A stretch of DNA of 64,000 nucleotides from Octopus vulgaris (lineage: Eukaryota): the NCBI GenBank assembly GCA_951406725.2, contig OX597823.1, forward strand, positions 20,894,001-20,958,000, read 5' to 3'. Position numbers and translations under genes: made by a program. Shown piece after piece: positions 41,538-54,502 of this stretch (position 1 is the stretch's first letter; each line of letters opens with the position of its first letter). The notes beneath the pieces were generated by a model, which was given only the letters and a program-made list of their open reading frames with translations, was not told where the DNA came from and searched no databases.

Positions 41538-42029
41538 AAACATATTAAAAGATATATTCGTGCTTGCTTTTAAGGTTTAGGTTAAAAACGGTACTAAGAA
41601 ACATAATATGTCCAGGTTACAATGTATAAGGTAAATAAGATGTCCAGGGCATAATAAATAATTCATAGTTTAAACTTTGGTTTCTTTTTTTTTTTTTCAG
41701 AGTAAATATGAAATGTATTCTCCTATGGCCATTTCTGAGGAACAGTAATCCAAAATTTTAGATAACTGTCTCCATCATCTTCTAACACTCCTTGATGACG
41801 GAGACAGTTATCTAAAATTTTGGATATGAACATTTAATATTTACAATGATTACTGTTCCCCAGAAATGGCCATAGGATAATTCATTTGATATTTACCATG
41901 AAAAACAACGAAAAGCCAACGTTTAAACGATGAGCTATATACTTTTTATACTATACCCTGGATATCTTATTTACTTTATGTACGATACCACCGTTTTTAA
42001 TCTAAACCTTATTATCTTTCAATATGTTT
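41538..42029. repeat. Imperfect fold-back with ~240-bp arms
   Basis: ccaaaattttagataactgtctcc / ggagacagttatctaaaattttgg at centre; cctatggccatttctg / cagaaatggccatagg; taaggtttag / ctaaacctta. Confidence 0.85.
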
Positions 42030-42385
42030 AAATATTTATCATATATTTTTATAGATCCGCATGATTTACCGTACATATATGTCTATTATTATTTTATTAT
42101 TTTTGGTGCATCTGTAATTTTGAAATTTTTGGTATTATTTCGATATTGAACATTTTAATGACAGATGCATTAAATATATTATAATACTCCTTTTGGCTCG
42201 GTTTATATTGTAATTCTTTTGAACTGTCGAGCCTATCTGATTTCTCAACTTTAATTTGAAAAAATATATATAGATAGATATATATATATATGTGTGTGTG
42301 TGTATTCATTCACACGCGCACACATAGAAGAACATTTTCTTTTATCAACCACAATTTCCATGAGCGCGCGTGTTTGCGTAGTATA

Positions 42386-42782
42386 TCTTTATATATAAAA
42401 GAGAGGTTGTGTGTCTGTCTCCTACGATTTAGATTCCTAACTACTCCCACATTTTGCGGTGCAGTTTAACCAAAACCGGGTATCTTATAGTCGTGATTCA
42501 CATCGAGCCCTTCTGGGTATTAGCGCGCGTCTACGATGAGTCTACGATTTAAAAAAAAATTACCATCATTTTTTTCCATTTTAATGCATTTTTTCGCTAT
42601 TATTTAAGGGAAGTAACTCTCTAAAAATGTCTACGATGAGTCAACGATTTTTTAAAAAATTGACCATCATTTTATTTCCATTTTTAATGCATTTTTTGGC
42701 TATTTCTTGGCTATAACTCTCTAAAAATGCTTATATAGTTATTTCCCTTACAAACCCGAGCAACGCCGGGCGATACTGCTAG
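42386..42782 (+). mobile_element. Non-autonomous Helitron family 1
   Basis: a^TCtttatatataaaa ... cccgagcaacgccggg..CTAG^t. Confidence 0.87.
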
Positions 42783-43354
42783 TATATATATATGCGGGTA
42801 GTGGATATGCGTGTGTGTGTACGAGATATTCAGAACAGAAAATGTTTTGAACAATAAAGAAAGATTAGTAAGAGATACTAATTTAAAATAATTCCCTGGG
42901 GTTATATTTCGATGTCTGCTTGGTGTAAATAATTAACGCTAGGAAATCAAAATCATTTGCACCAAGAATTCCAGTTTGTATTGACTGTAAATTCTAATCA
43001 CACACTCACACGGACGCACCCTTACATATATTCGTAAATACACGTATGTACATACACATATACATATATTTCGTTTTGTATTTGTATATGACGTCAAAGA
43101 GCAGACCTCTTTCCTCCATACTCTAACAACATGACAAATACCAACATGGAGACACACTGTGTCAACTTGACATCAGCATTTTATCCAAGCACCCGAAAGG
43201 CCCAACACTTAGACAAATACAGGAGTACGTCATCATCAATGAAACATCCCTTTTACGAAATAGGAATTATGCGCAGGTGGTAGATATACCCCAATACCCA
43301 CACTTCATATATACGCATGTAGAGTTGCCAACAGACTATGTAGAAGTATATATA

Positions 43355-43470
<116 letters not shown>

Positions 43471-43574
43471 TGTATATAATTATAGTTAAATGGATATGTA
43501 AGAAAACAAATGAACAGATAGGTACATGAGTTATACGGACAGACAAGCACACGCACAAGCATGCACAAGTGAAG

Positions 43575-43833
43575 AGTAAACCACATGCAAGTAGCTGAGC
43601 ACTCCACAGACATGTGTGCCCTTAACGTAGTTCTCAAGGTTATTCAGCGTGACACACAGGGCGAGAATGCTGGCCTTTTGAAATATAGGTACTACTCATT
43701 TTTGCCAGCTGAGCGGACTGGAGCAACGTGAAAGAACGTGTCAAACTCAAGGACAGAACGTGTCGCCGGGATTTGAACTCACGACCTTACGTTCGTGAGC
43801 CGAATGCCCTAACCACTAAGTCACGCGCTTTCA
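43575..43833 (-). mobile_element. Older SINE with V-domain-like body and family C type-2 tail
   Basis: ccagctgagcggactggagcaacgtgaaa body; similar copy at ~45965-46205. Confidence 0.7.
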
Positions 43834-43900
43834 CATATGTACCTATATATAGTCATTATATATAGCTATTACATGTATATATAGTCACTATGTGTAATAA

Positions 43901-44285
43901 GTGGAGGCGCAATGGCCCAGTGGTTAGGGCAGCGGACTCGTGGTCATAGGATCGCGGTTTCGATTTCCAGACCGGGCGTTGTGAGTGTTTATTGAGCGAA
44001 AACACCTAAAAGCTCTACGAGGCTCCAGCGGGGGATGGTGGTGATCCCTGCTGTACTCTTTCACCACAACTTTCTCTTACTTCCTGTTTCTGTTGTACCT
44101 GTAGTTCAAAGGGCCGGCCTTGTCACTCTCTGTGTCACGCTGAATATCCCCGAGAACTACGTTAAGGGTACACGTGTCCGTGGAGTGCTCAGCCACTTAC
44201 ACGTTAATTTCACGAGCAGGCTGTTCCGTTGATTCGGATCAACCGGAACCCTCATCGTCGTAACCGACGGAGTGCTTCCTTCCTC
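43901..44285 (+). mobile_element. SINE family C, tail type 2
   Basis: A and B boxes; 13-bp TSD ctatgtgtaataa. Confidence 0.92.
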
Positions 44286-44440
44286 CTATGTGTAATAAAA
44301 TAGATTTTTCCCTTATGCTTTAGCCACACGCTCCGCGGTTGCACATTTTCCTGACAATAGAAGAATAAATTTTCTGTTCTATATTCTTTAAAGATAACAT
44401 GAATTGGGACATTTTGAGTAATGAGATGTTCAACCAGCCA

Positions 44441-44513
<73 letters not shown>

Positions 44514-44776
44514 TATATTGATGTCATCTTTAAAGATTGAATTATGATCTTGTGTTCATTATATTTATAAACTTTGCACTTTAAGTTACATCTGATTTAT
44601 AATGTTATGAATATTGAACATATATTTCACAATAGAATAGAGTAGAAATATCGTATTGAATATATTACTCATATTTCTCGCTCATTCTTCCTCGCTCCCC
44701 CCCTCTCTCTCTGTGTATATTCATCTCTCTCTCCCTCTATCACACTCACATACATACATTCATACACATTGATACC

Positions 44777-44891
<115 letters not shown>

Positions 44892-45216
44892 AATATATAT
44901 AAAGAGAGAAAGAGAGCGGAGTCAGAGAGACGGAGTCAAGAGGAGAGTGTAGAGAGATAGGAATAGATAGATAAATAGTCATACAGACACACAGACAGAT
45001 AAATAAATAGAGTGATAGTAGTTAGATACTTAGCTAAATTTCATGCGTTATAAGAAAGCTTTTATAGAGTGAAATGCTTATTCTGCTACTAGTTGAATAA
45101 ACATTTGTAACAATATCAAAGAACTCTCCTTCCACTACTATGTTACTATAATACCAATTTCAAGACTTGCATGCGTACTTAATCCATTGTAAGTGTCCAA
45201 CATCATTTGGGAATTC

Positions 45217-45482
45217 CGTTCTATATTTAAGAGGTGAGGAATTATGTACATTATTTATATTATTTACATTTGACGGATATTTGTACTCACCTTGTTTTGT
45301 TGTTAATATAAAGTTACGGCTGATATAGCTCCCCCCCAGCCTTCATCAGGTGTCTTGGGGCCATTTCGAACCTGGGTTCTCATTCCCACGGGTATATGGC
45401 GTAGTGGTCAAGAGCGCGGGTTACTAACCCGAAGATTCCGAGTTCGATTCCAGGCAATGACCTGAATAATAATAATAATAGT

Positions 45483-45565
<83 letters not shown>

Positions 45566-45753
45566 TAATAATGATAATAATATAATAATAATAGCAACAA
45601 CAGCAACATCGAAAAATACCTAGGAAAGAGAACCCAGGTTCGAAATTTCCCCAAGACTCCTGATGAAGGCTGGAGGGTATATCAGCCATAACGTTGTGTT
45701 AACAACAAAAAAAGATGAGGACAAATATCCGTCAAATGTAAATAATGTATTTT
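45217..45753 (+). mobile_element. tRNA-headed, hammerhead-tailed short element with inverted 5' duplication
   Basis: 12-bp direct repeat atttgggaattc (45205-45216, 45754-45765); inverted arms ~45249-45387 / ~45621-45749; A box tggcgtagtgg; B box gagttcgattcc; (AAT)n; ctgatga-a-ggctg..cagcc. Confidence 0.8.
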
Positions 45754-46580
45754 ATTTGGGAATTCAAACCTACTTGGAAAGAGTAAAAATACTGTTTCGA
45801 GTCTCTGTATACATTAAAGACGGTAACTTAGATTTGGTGGCGTTTATACGACCGAGATTACAATGATACTCCTTCTGAATATGATAGCGGGGTTAAGCAT
45901 TTACGGCTCGGTGGACTGAGGCAATGCGAAATTGTTTTCCGCAGGGACACTCGTGCCGCCCGCTTGAACATGTACGTCGCTGAGCACTCCACAGACATGC
46001 GTACCCAGGGAGGTTCAGCGTAAGAAAGAATGTGACAAGGCTGACCCCTTTGACATGGTGGTGTAACTCATTTTTGCCAGCTGAGTGGACTGAAGCAGCG
46101 TGAAATTAAGTGTCTTGCTCAAGGATACAGTGCACTGCCAGGAATCGAATATACGACGTTACGACCGAGAGCTGAGTGCCTTAACCACTGAACCACGCGC
46201 CTTCACTGGAAAGGATAACTGAAAGAGGGAGAGAGGAGTAATATGTTTCTATGCATCTCGTGTATTTGAATATTCGATAATCCATAAGTGTTACGGAAGA
46301 GATAAGGAAAGATAAGAGAAAGTAAGGGGGAGATAAATAAAGATGTTTCTGCAAGATCTCTTTCTGTCACGTGACGTGTATTCTTGTTTAGAGGTTAGTT
46401 AGAGGAAGAATAGGAACAACCATGATGCTTTCAGACAATTCTTTGAGACTGATGGAGGGAAACGGAGGAAATATGCCTCAGCTCATGGATTATCATTATT
46501 TCGGAAAACTTGTGCGAAATGACCCTTCAGGGGCAATCTAGGGTCAAGCGACGCTGTTAAATCAGGTGTCCAAAGGTACT

Positions 46581-46758
46581 CATTGCACAATAAAATGTAC
46601 GTCACTTAGCGGTTCGGCAAAAGAGACCGATAGAATAAGTACTGGGCTTACAAAGAATAAGTCCCGGGGTCGATTTGCTCGACTAAAGGCGGTGCTCCAG
46701 CATGGCCGCAGTCTAATGACTGAAACAAGTAAAAGAGTAAAAGAGAGTAAAAGAGTAA
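46581..46758 (+). mobile_element. SINE family B 3' half
   Basis: cttagcggttcggcaaaagagacc...(gtaaaagag)n. Confidence 0.8.
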
Positions 46759-46997
46759 GTCTTCTAGTTGGCGGCCTCCCAGTCTCTGACAAGCGAAATA
46801 CTGCCACGATACTTGAATCGATTTGGCAGAAGTGGCGCGCAGGTAGAACGAACACAGGCATTCATAATTATGACAAGAACATCTTACCCACAGGATCATG
46901 TTGTCTTTTTTTGGTAATATGTTTGAGTGTGTGTGTGTATGTGTGAGAGAGAGAGAGAGAAAGAGAATAAGAGAGAGCAATGGAAAGAAATCGTCGT

Positions 46998-47382
46998 GGC
47001 ACTCCGTCGGTTACAATGAAGTGGGCTCCAGTTGATCCGATCAACGGAACAGCCATCTCGTGAAATTAACGTGCAAATGGTTGAGAACTACACAGACATG
47101 TGTACCCTTAACGTAGTTCTCGGGGAGATTCAGCGTGACACAGAGAGTGACAAGGCCGGCCCCTTTGAAGTACACGTACAACAGAAACAGAAAGTAAGAG
47201 TGAGAGAAAGTAAGTTATAATGAAAGAGTACGGCAGGTTTCGCCACCACCTCCTACCGGAGCCTCGTGGAGTTTTAGGTGCTTTCGCTCAATGAACACTC
47301 ACTACATCCGGTCTGGGAATCGAAACTGTGATCCTACGACACCAAGTCCGCTGCCCTAACCACTAGGCCATTACGCCTCCAC
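46998..47382 (-). mobile_element. SINE family C, tail type 2
   Basis: Homologous to 43901-44285. Confidence 0.85.
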
Positions 47383-47461
47383 TAATAGAAAGAAAGAATT
47401 GTTTTCAGTATGCTCCTGTGACCCACTGTAACAACAGTGTATGACCTTCATATAATAGATA

Positions 47462-47757
47462 TATCACGTGATCACGTGACCGACCAGTCCATCAGATGTA
47501 GTTACACATCGCTGGTCACAATGCGTTCGCATTGTTTTAGCCTTCGAATGACGTCACCCCGCTGGCTAAGCGAGCAGGCCAACAGAAGAAAGAGTGGTGA
47601 AAGAGTACAGCAGGGATCACCACCCCCTGCCGGAGCCTCGTGTAGCTTTTAGGTGTTTTCGCTCAACAAACACTCACAACGCCCGGTCTGGGAATCGAAA
47701 CCGCGATCCTACGACACCAAGTCCGCTGCCCCAACCACTAGGCCATTACGCCTCCAC
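47462..47757 (-). mobile_element. SINE family C, tail type 1
   Basis: Homologous to 16216-16515. Confidence 0.87.
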
Positions 47758-47841
47758 AAATAGAAAGAAATAATTGCTTTCCGTATGCTCCTGTGACCCA
47801 CTGTAATAACCGTGTATGACTTTCATATAATAGATGCGCAT

Positions 47842-47921
<80 letters not shown>

Positions 47922-48819
47922 CTATCCATATCATTCTTATGACAACATATTCGGAATGGAGCGAGCGGTTTATTATTTATTACTACTTCCATGAGACTAA
48001 ACTGGAGACGGTGTGTTTCAAAGCCTTAAAGGCTCTCCAGTTCACTTCACTTCCAATTTAATATAGAAGCTTTAGATTGAAACGGTTGTTATATTAGTTC
48101 CTGTTATTTCTGGCACAAACCTCGTTTATCATATTAGTTTAGCTCATCTATTGCGTTTATTCTGTTTTTCTATTTTATTTCTCTCTTTTCGTTTTTCTAT
48201 CAGTTTCATCTCTTAAATACTCGTATGACTGGGTTTTCTTTTAAATTTTTGTATCATAGTTTGAGATTTAATTAAATTGTCTCTACATAAAGAAGCTTTG
48301 GCACATCTCGGGTTTTATATCACAGCTGAGTCTATTCGCAGCTTTTAGAAGTTTCTCTCGGTCATCTTCATCTCTAGCATTTCATTTTCCAAACATCCAA
48401 ATGGAGATGTTGGTTTATAGTTCGTCAAAATAATTTAAATTCACCGTTACTTTCATTCCACTAATATATTTACATATATAGTAGAACAAAATGCTAATCC
48501 CGAAGACATACCCCCACCTAACCTCAGACCACTTTGAAAAGTTGTGTAGTGAATGTGATCGAGAGGACCTTAAAGGTCAAAAAGCAACCAATGGAAAGAA
48601 AATGAAAAGATTTGAAACGCACCCACAAAATGTAAGAGACACAAATGGTGGTGGTGTGGAATCATTCCAACAACAGCTACGGCATTACTATGATCACCGT
48701 CTACACAAATATCACACACACCTAAATATACAAATACATGCACAACCTTATTCACACAAACATACAGTTCAGAACACAGCACGCACACACACACAAGCAA
48801 AAGAGAAATTATTAACTAA

Positions 48820-49206
48820 TGGATGGAAGCACTCCGTCGGTTACGACGATGAGGGTTCCGTTTGATCCGAATCAACGGAACAGCCTGCTCGTGAAATTAA
48901 CGTGTAAGTGGCTGAGCACTCCACAGACACGTGTACCCTTAACGTAGTTCTCGGGGATATTCAGCGTGACACAGAGAGAGTGATAAGGCCGGTCCTTTGA
49001 AATACAGGTACAACAGAAACAGGAAGTAAGAGTGAGAGAAAGTTGTGGTGAAAGAGTTCAACAGGGATCACCACCCCCTGCCGGAGCTTCGTGGAGCTTT
49101 TAGGTGTTTTCGCTCAATAAACACTCACAACGCCTGGTCTGGGAATCGAAACCGCGATCCTACGACCGCGAGTCCGCTGCCCTAATCACTGGGCCATTGC
49201 GCCTCC
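48820..49206 (-). mobile_element. SINE family C, tail type 2
   Basis: TSD attattaa(c/g)taa. Confidence 0.9.
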
Positions 49207-49602
49207 ATTATTAAGTAAACGGTCATAAACACAACAACAAAAAAAATAGTAAATGACATTCAGCAACATACAAACATCACATACAATAACTTCATCACAT
49301 CAATGAATACCATACCAGCATTAAACTAACACAAAGTATAAACATATTTTCAGAAATTCGATCCCATCAATGTTGGTGAATATTAGCAAAAGACCGTACA
49401 GAAAACTACTTGTGCGAAACGTCACAACCATCCAGAGGAACTGAACGCTTGTCTCCCTCTTGTCTATTGATTATGGATTTTAATATTCTCTTTACACTTC
49501 AGAAATATTCTTACATGATTTGTCTTTCATTCTTTTATCCATTTTAAGTTGCATTACGCTACATTCTACGTTCGAATTCCCTCTTTCCTTTCACTTTCTT
49601 AC

Positions 49603-50188
49603 AAGGCGGTGAGCTGGCAGAGTCGTTAGCATGCCGGGCGAAATGCTTAGCAGTATTTCGTCTGCCGCTACGTTCTGAGTTCAAATTTCGCCGAGGTCGA
49701 CTTGGCCTTTCATCATTTCGGGGTCGATTGAATAAGTACCAGTTACGCACTGGAGTCGATATAATCGATTTAATCCATTTGTCTGTCCTTGTTTGTCCTC
49801 CCTGTGTTTAGCTCCTTGTGGACAGTAAAGAAATAGGTATTTTGTCTGTCTTTACGTTCTGAGTTCAAATTCCGCCGAGGTCGACTTTGCCTTTCATCGT
49901 TTCGGGGTCGATAAACTAAGTACCAGTTACGTACTGGGGTCGATGTAATCGACTTAATCCGTTTGTTTGTCCTTGTTTGGCCTCTCTGAGTTTAGGCCCT
50001 TGTGGGCAGTAAAGAAATAGGTATTTCGTCTGTTTTTACGTTCTGAGTTCTAATTCCGGCGAGGTCGACTTCGCTTTTCATCCTTTCGGGTGTCAATAAA
50101 TTAAGTACCAGCTGCGCACTGGGCTTGGTCTAATTGACTGGCCCCCTCCTCAAAAATTTCGGGCCTTGTGCCTAAAGTAGAAAAGATT
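49603..50188 (+). mobile_element. SINE family A, three head-to-tail units
   Basis: One head followed by three cores; junctions aaagaaata|ggtattt. Confidence 0.88.
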
Positions 50189-52411
50189 CTTCTATCCTTT
50201 ATACCTGAACTCGCAAGCCTTCTAGATAAGCCATCTCTATCAATCTTCCATGTCACTTCGTTCGGTAGATTTATTACGTCACCTCTCTACGTTTCATTTT
50301 CTTCGTCACCAGATTCCCACTCTTAAAAATACCTAATTCCATTATGGTGTCATTTTTAAACTCTTTTACAAAACCGACTAGCGTGTCCATTTCTTTTTCG
50401 GACTCGCAAAATATTTTTAGTTCATCTGGGAAAAATTTGGTAACCATATCCTGGTCTTTTCTTTATCATAACCATTTACTGCCAAAACTCTGGAGACTGG
50501 TATGAAAAGTGTCCGATTATTTTGATATTTCCAAGTGGGTAACCTTGTTATTCTTTCTGATAGCCTATTTCCTCTTTCCATTCTTATGCGTTCTACGGTG
50601 TTATTTGCAATTTGGTTATTTCGTTTCTTCAAAATATTTCAGAACTGCGTCACAGTATCGTATCCGTTTTCCGTAATCAATCCAGCTTCCTCTTAACTTG
50701 CAATTTCTTATAATCATTTTAACGATTAATGTTTGATTTTTGTCCTGCCTGAATTTCTTAGACACCCTTTTAGCTAAATAAGTAGTAGGTTGTGTTCTTA
50801 GATTTTATCCGCAAATGCAGTTGTTAAAAGTAGTAGAAATAAACAAGTCGAGATAACAAATTTGTCATTAATAATAGCAATTGTCTCACTCTTAGTTATC
50901 CGATTCGGAATACTTTGACTCCGAAGCTCTTAATCTAATGGTTTCATCAGTACTAGCCTCTGAGCATTGAGGCTTTTCATAAATGACGTGGGGTACAATG
51001 AGTTCTTACTGCATTGTTTCTTTGAAAAGTCGTTTTTACAAATGTTGACTATCTTACAAAAACGGTATCATTTAAGCAAATGACACCCTCTAAAGTCATT
51101 AAAAGCACTATAATATATTCATAATACTATTTCAGGAAATTATGTTCATTCACTTTAAGCATACAAAAAAAAACACATAAGAAAAATGGACAAATTTAGG
51201 TGGGCAAAATGAGTACGACAGATAAGGTAAAATTGGTTCTTTAAATCTCCGAGATCACGTTTGAAAAAAGACTTTTACAATCAGTATCCATCTGTATATA
51301 TTAGAGTGTAACAAAAATTTTAAACATCTACGTTAAATGAAAGAGGATTATCGGAAAGGAAAATGGCACATGAAATGAAATTACCTAAACTCGACGGAAT
51401 CTACGGACTCAACGTAAAGTACTCTCAACAGCTTCTTAACAATCTACTGGAGTGGCTTTCTTCCTACGCATTATGCAGTTAAAGGGGAGGAATTATTGAA
51501 ATTAGCTGTTATGCATCTTGCCTCATTTTAGACAATTTCTTTCTTTTTTTTTTTTTTTGAAACTTTAAAATGATCAATTTAGACATTAGGATAGGGAGAC
51601 ATTAACTTCGAAGCCAACCGAAAAAAATTATCTAAAATTATCCAGATATTTAATTTGCTATATCAATTTTAATCGATTGGAAGTTGAGGAAAAATTTCCC
51701 GAAAAGAAAGTTCCTGTCACCTGATTAGATTATGTTTCAAACTCTTACAACTTCAAGACCAACTACGCTGACTGATTTTTACAGCCAAAGACCAAAAAAC
51801 AGTACAAAATGACGATGTAATTAATACTTACAATGTAATGGTTTCAGACAGGTAGAGAAAAACGAAAAATCAGATATTGCTAATTTTACCCCATTCTTAA
51901 CCTTATATCTCATAAGGCATGTATGCTCTTCATTCAAGTAATTATGAAACCTATTTTGTAAGAGGCTCCGGAGGGATTACAAAAGAAACCTGTTGTTTTA
52001 ATCCTTTAAATTAAATTATTGTTTCTCCTATCCGCTCAACTTCCAATTATGGATATTTTTCCTGTTCCGTCAGTGATGATAATCTGGACAATGGATTATA
52101 CCTTCTGCTCACTGAACAGAAACGGTCACTTTCGATAGGATTCTACACTGTTTCTATCCTCCCAATTTCGCTTGGATCGACCTGAGACTTTGTTAGAATA
52201 CATTTTACGTTGGTGACACGCAGTGAGAAAACTTGTTATCATGTAGTTGCTAAGCAACCTCCTTTAGCATCACACAGACATGCTTGCCCCAAGCCGGGAT
52301 ATCGAAGTCACGCAATTTTTAAACGTTCCACTTCTTAGTCCTGGAACTCGAAGTGGGCCCAGTATGACATTACTCTCGATAATGATGTTATTAATACTGT
52401 TCCCAATACTG

Positions 52412-52510
52412 TCTTCTTCTTCTTCTTCTTCTTCTTCTTCTTCTTCTTCTTCTTCTTCTTCTTCTTCTTCTTCTTCTTCTTCTTCTTCTTCTTCTTCTTC
52501 TTCTTCTTCT
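52412..52510 (+). repeat. (TCT)n microsatellite
   Basis: Read directly. Confidence 0.97.
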
Positions 52511-53225
52511 AATCAGGACTCACGCCATTAGCTACAGAGAATAATCTCTAATTCGAGCCTACTCTAAGCTTCTAAGAATGCGTGTGGCAACTTGAAGATC
52601 TACCCATTACAGGCGATAGTCTGGCAGTTGCACTAGAGCGAAATGTTATCCTCATTCCGTAAACCGTGGCTTCTAACGGGTTGAGAGCCAAACCATCCTA
52701 GGATACAGAGAATTCGCAATCTAGACTAGGGTCTGAAGGTTTACCACACCATAGTGGGTTACACCATGGTTACTCTGCTTTGTAACAGAAGTAGGAAGTA
52801 AGAGTAAGTTGTGGTGAAAGAGTACAGTAGTTAAAGAAGAATCAGCAGCTCTGCTCACTTTCTCTCCATGGTCGCTGTAGATCCTCTTGACTCTTTCGTG
52901 TTTGAAGGGAGGTAGTTTAAGTGTCCGGTAGATCGCTGCTTTCGCTGCGTCGTAGTGGTGGTGGGCTGTTGACTGGTCTCCTTCTGTGCCGGCTTTGGCC
53001 TTCTCCTCTGCCAAGTCGTTGCCCGGAATTCCCTTGGAAAAAACAAATTTGGTCGTATTGTTGTTGTCGAGGGCTCTTCGTTGAGGCCCGACACCACTGG
53101 GAGGCGGCGGCTCTCGAAATCATTGGAAATGGAGATCTCCAGGTCCAAATTCTAGAACGACCTGCTGCTGCTGCAATTGTTGTTGTTTTGTGTAGCTCAA
53201 TAACTGCAATGATATTAGAAACTGT

Positions 53226-53334
53226 TCGTCTGTCGTTACGTTGTGAGTTCAAATTCCGCCGAGGTCGACTTTGCCTTTCATCCTAATGCGTTTGTCCCCT
53301 CTGTGTTTAGCCCCTTGTGGGTAGTAAAGAAATA
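53226..53334 (+). mobile_element. Internally deleted SINE family A copy
   Basis: Flanked by direct repeat gatattagaaactgttc. Confidence 0.8.
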
Positions 53335-53840
53335 GATATTAGAAACTGTTCTTATTGAGTCGTTGGTATCGTTGTCATTGCTTAATCTCAAGTGAACCTT
53401 CACCTGACCTTCCAATCATGACTATCTCTTCTTAAATTTACGGTTGTTATCAAATCATTTCCTTAATATGGTACAGAGCGGTGGAAGGCGGTGAAGCTGG
53501 CAGAATCGTTAGCACGCCTGGCAAGATGCTTACCAGCATTTCCTCCATGAGTTCAAAATGCACTGAGGTTCACTTTGCCTTTCATCCTTTCGGGGTCGAT
53601 AAAATAAATACCAGTTGAGAACTGGGGTCGATGTAATCGATTTACCCATTCACCTAAAATTACTGACCTTTTGTCAAAATTTGAAATCAATATGGTGCAG
53701 AATGGTTCAGTTGCTATTTGGCTTCTATTTTTAGCAGAACAGAAAGCCTCACTGACGTTCCATCACTGACTCAAGGTTTTTCCTGTAGTTGTTGGTGGTG
53801 ATTGTAGTGATTGGGGTGGCAGCGGCGATGATGATTAATA

Positions 53841-54502
53841 CAAGGTGTTCAAAAAGTCTTTTCGCAGTGAATTTTTTTCATCAAAGATGTATTTCAAAAC
53901 ATGTGGAGAAGAGTCAACTTACGCATTGAAAATGAAGGATGACACTTTCAACACCTCTTATAAAGTGTTTTTAAAGTCTTGTAAAGTCTTATATATTATT
54001 TTGTAGTCTTATACCATCTTATAAATATATATTTTGGGATCTTTTCGGTTTGAACGGCAGTGTTTTTTCTAGTGGTGCAATATGAAATTGTCACCCATGA
54101 TTATGACCCTAGTATCGATCTTTTGCATGTCAATCTGTTTTAGGGTTAGGGTTAGGGGTGGGGGGAAGGGTATTTTTTTTTTCTTCACAAATGTAAATAA
54201 ACCCAATCTGTTTCTTAAACGAGGGACATATTCATGAGGCACAGAATGTGTTCACCTCAATAGACGTCATTGATTGGTTGAAATTGCAGAAATTGAAGAA
54301 AAAATAAGAAATATCTTACAGACTATAGAATTTTCTCAATAAAGCCAAGAGGAAAATGTTTTATACACACATTCTACCAGTATACGAAGTTTAAAAGTGT
54401 TTAGTTACGTGGAAATTACTTTAAAAAAACTGCCGTTCAAACCGAAAAGATCCATATTTTGCAATAAAATACTTACTGCGGAGAGACTTTTTGAACACCA
54501 TG
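53841..54502. mobile_element. Tc1/mariner-type MITE hosting a Merlin-like MITE
   Basis: TIRs caaggtgttcaaaaagtcttttcgcagt / actgcggagagactttttgaacaccatg; TA flanks. Confidence 0.8.
54037..54453 (+). mobile_element. Merlin-like MITE
   Basis: TIR ggatcttttcggtttgaacggcagt; 8-bp TSD atattttg; internal (TTAGGG)3. Confidence 0.85.

Noticed and set aside
45390-45463. Genuine tRNA gene
   Set aside because: Acceptor and T stems do not pair properly and it runs into (AAT)n; better explained as a SINE-type head.
54139-54170. Interstitial telomere or fusion site
   Set aside because: Only three units, internal to a MITE present twice.
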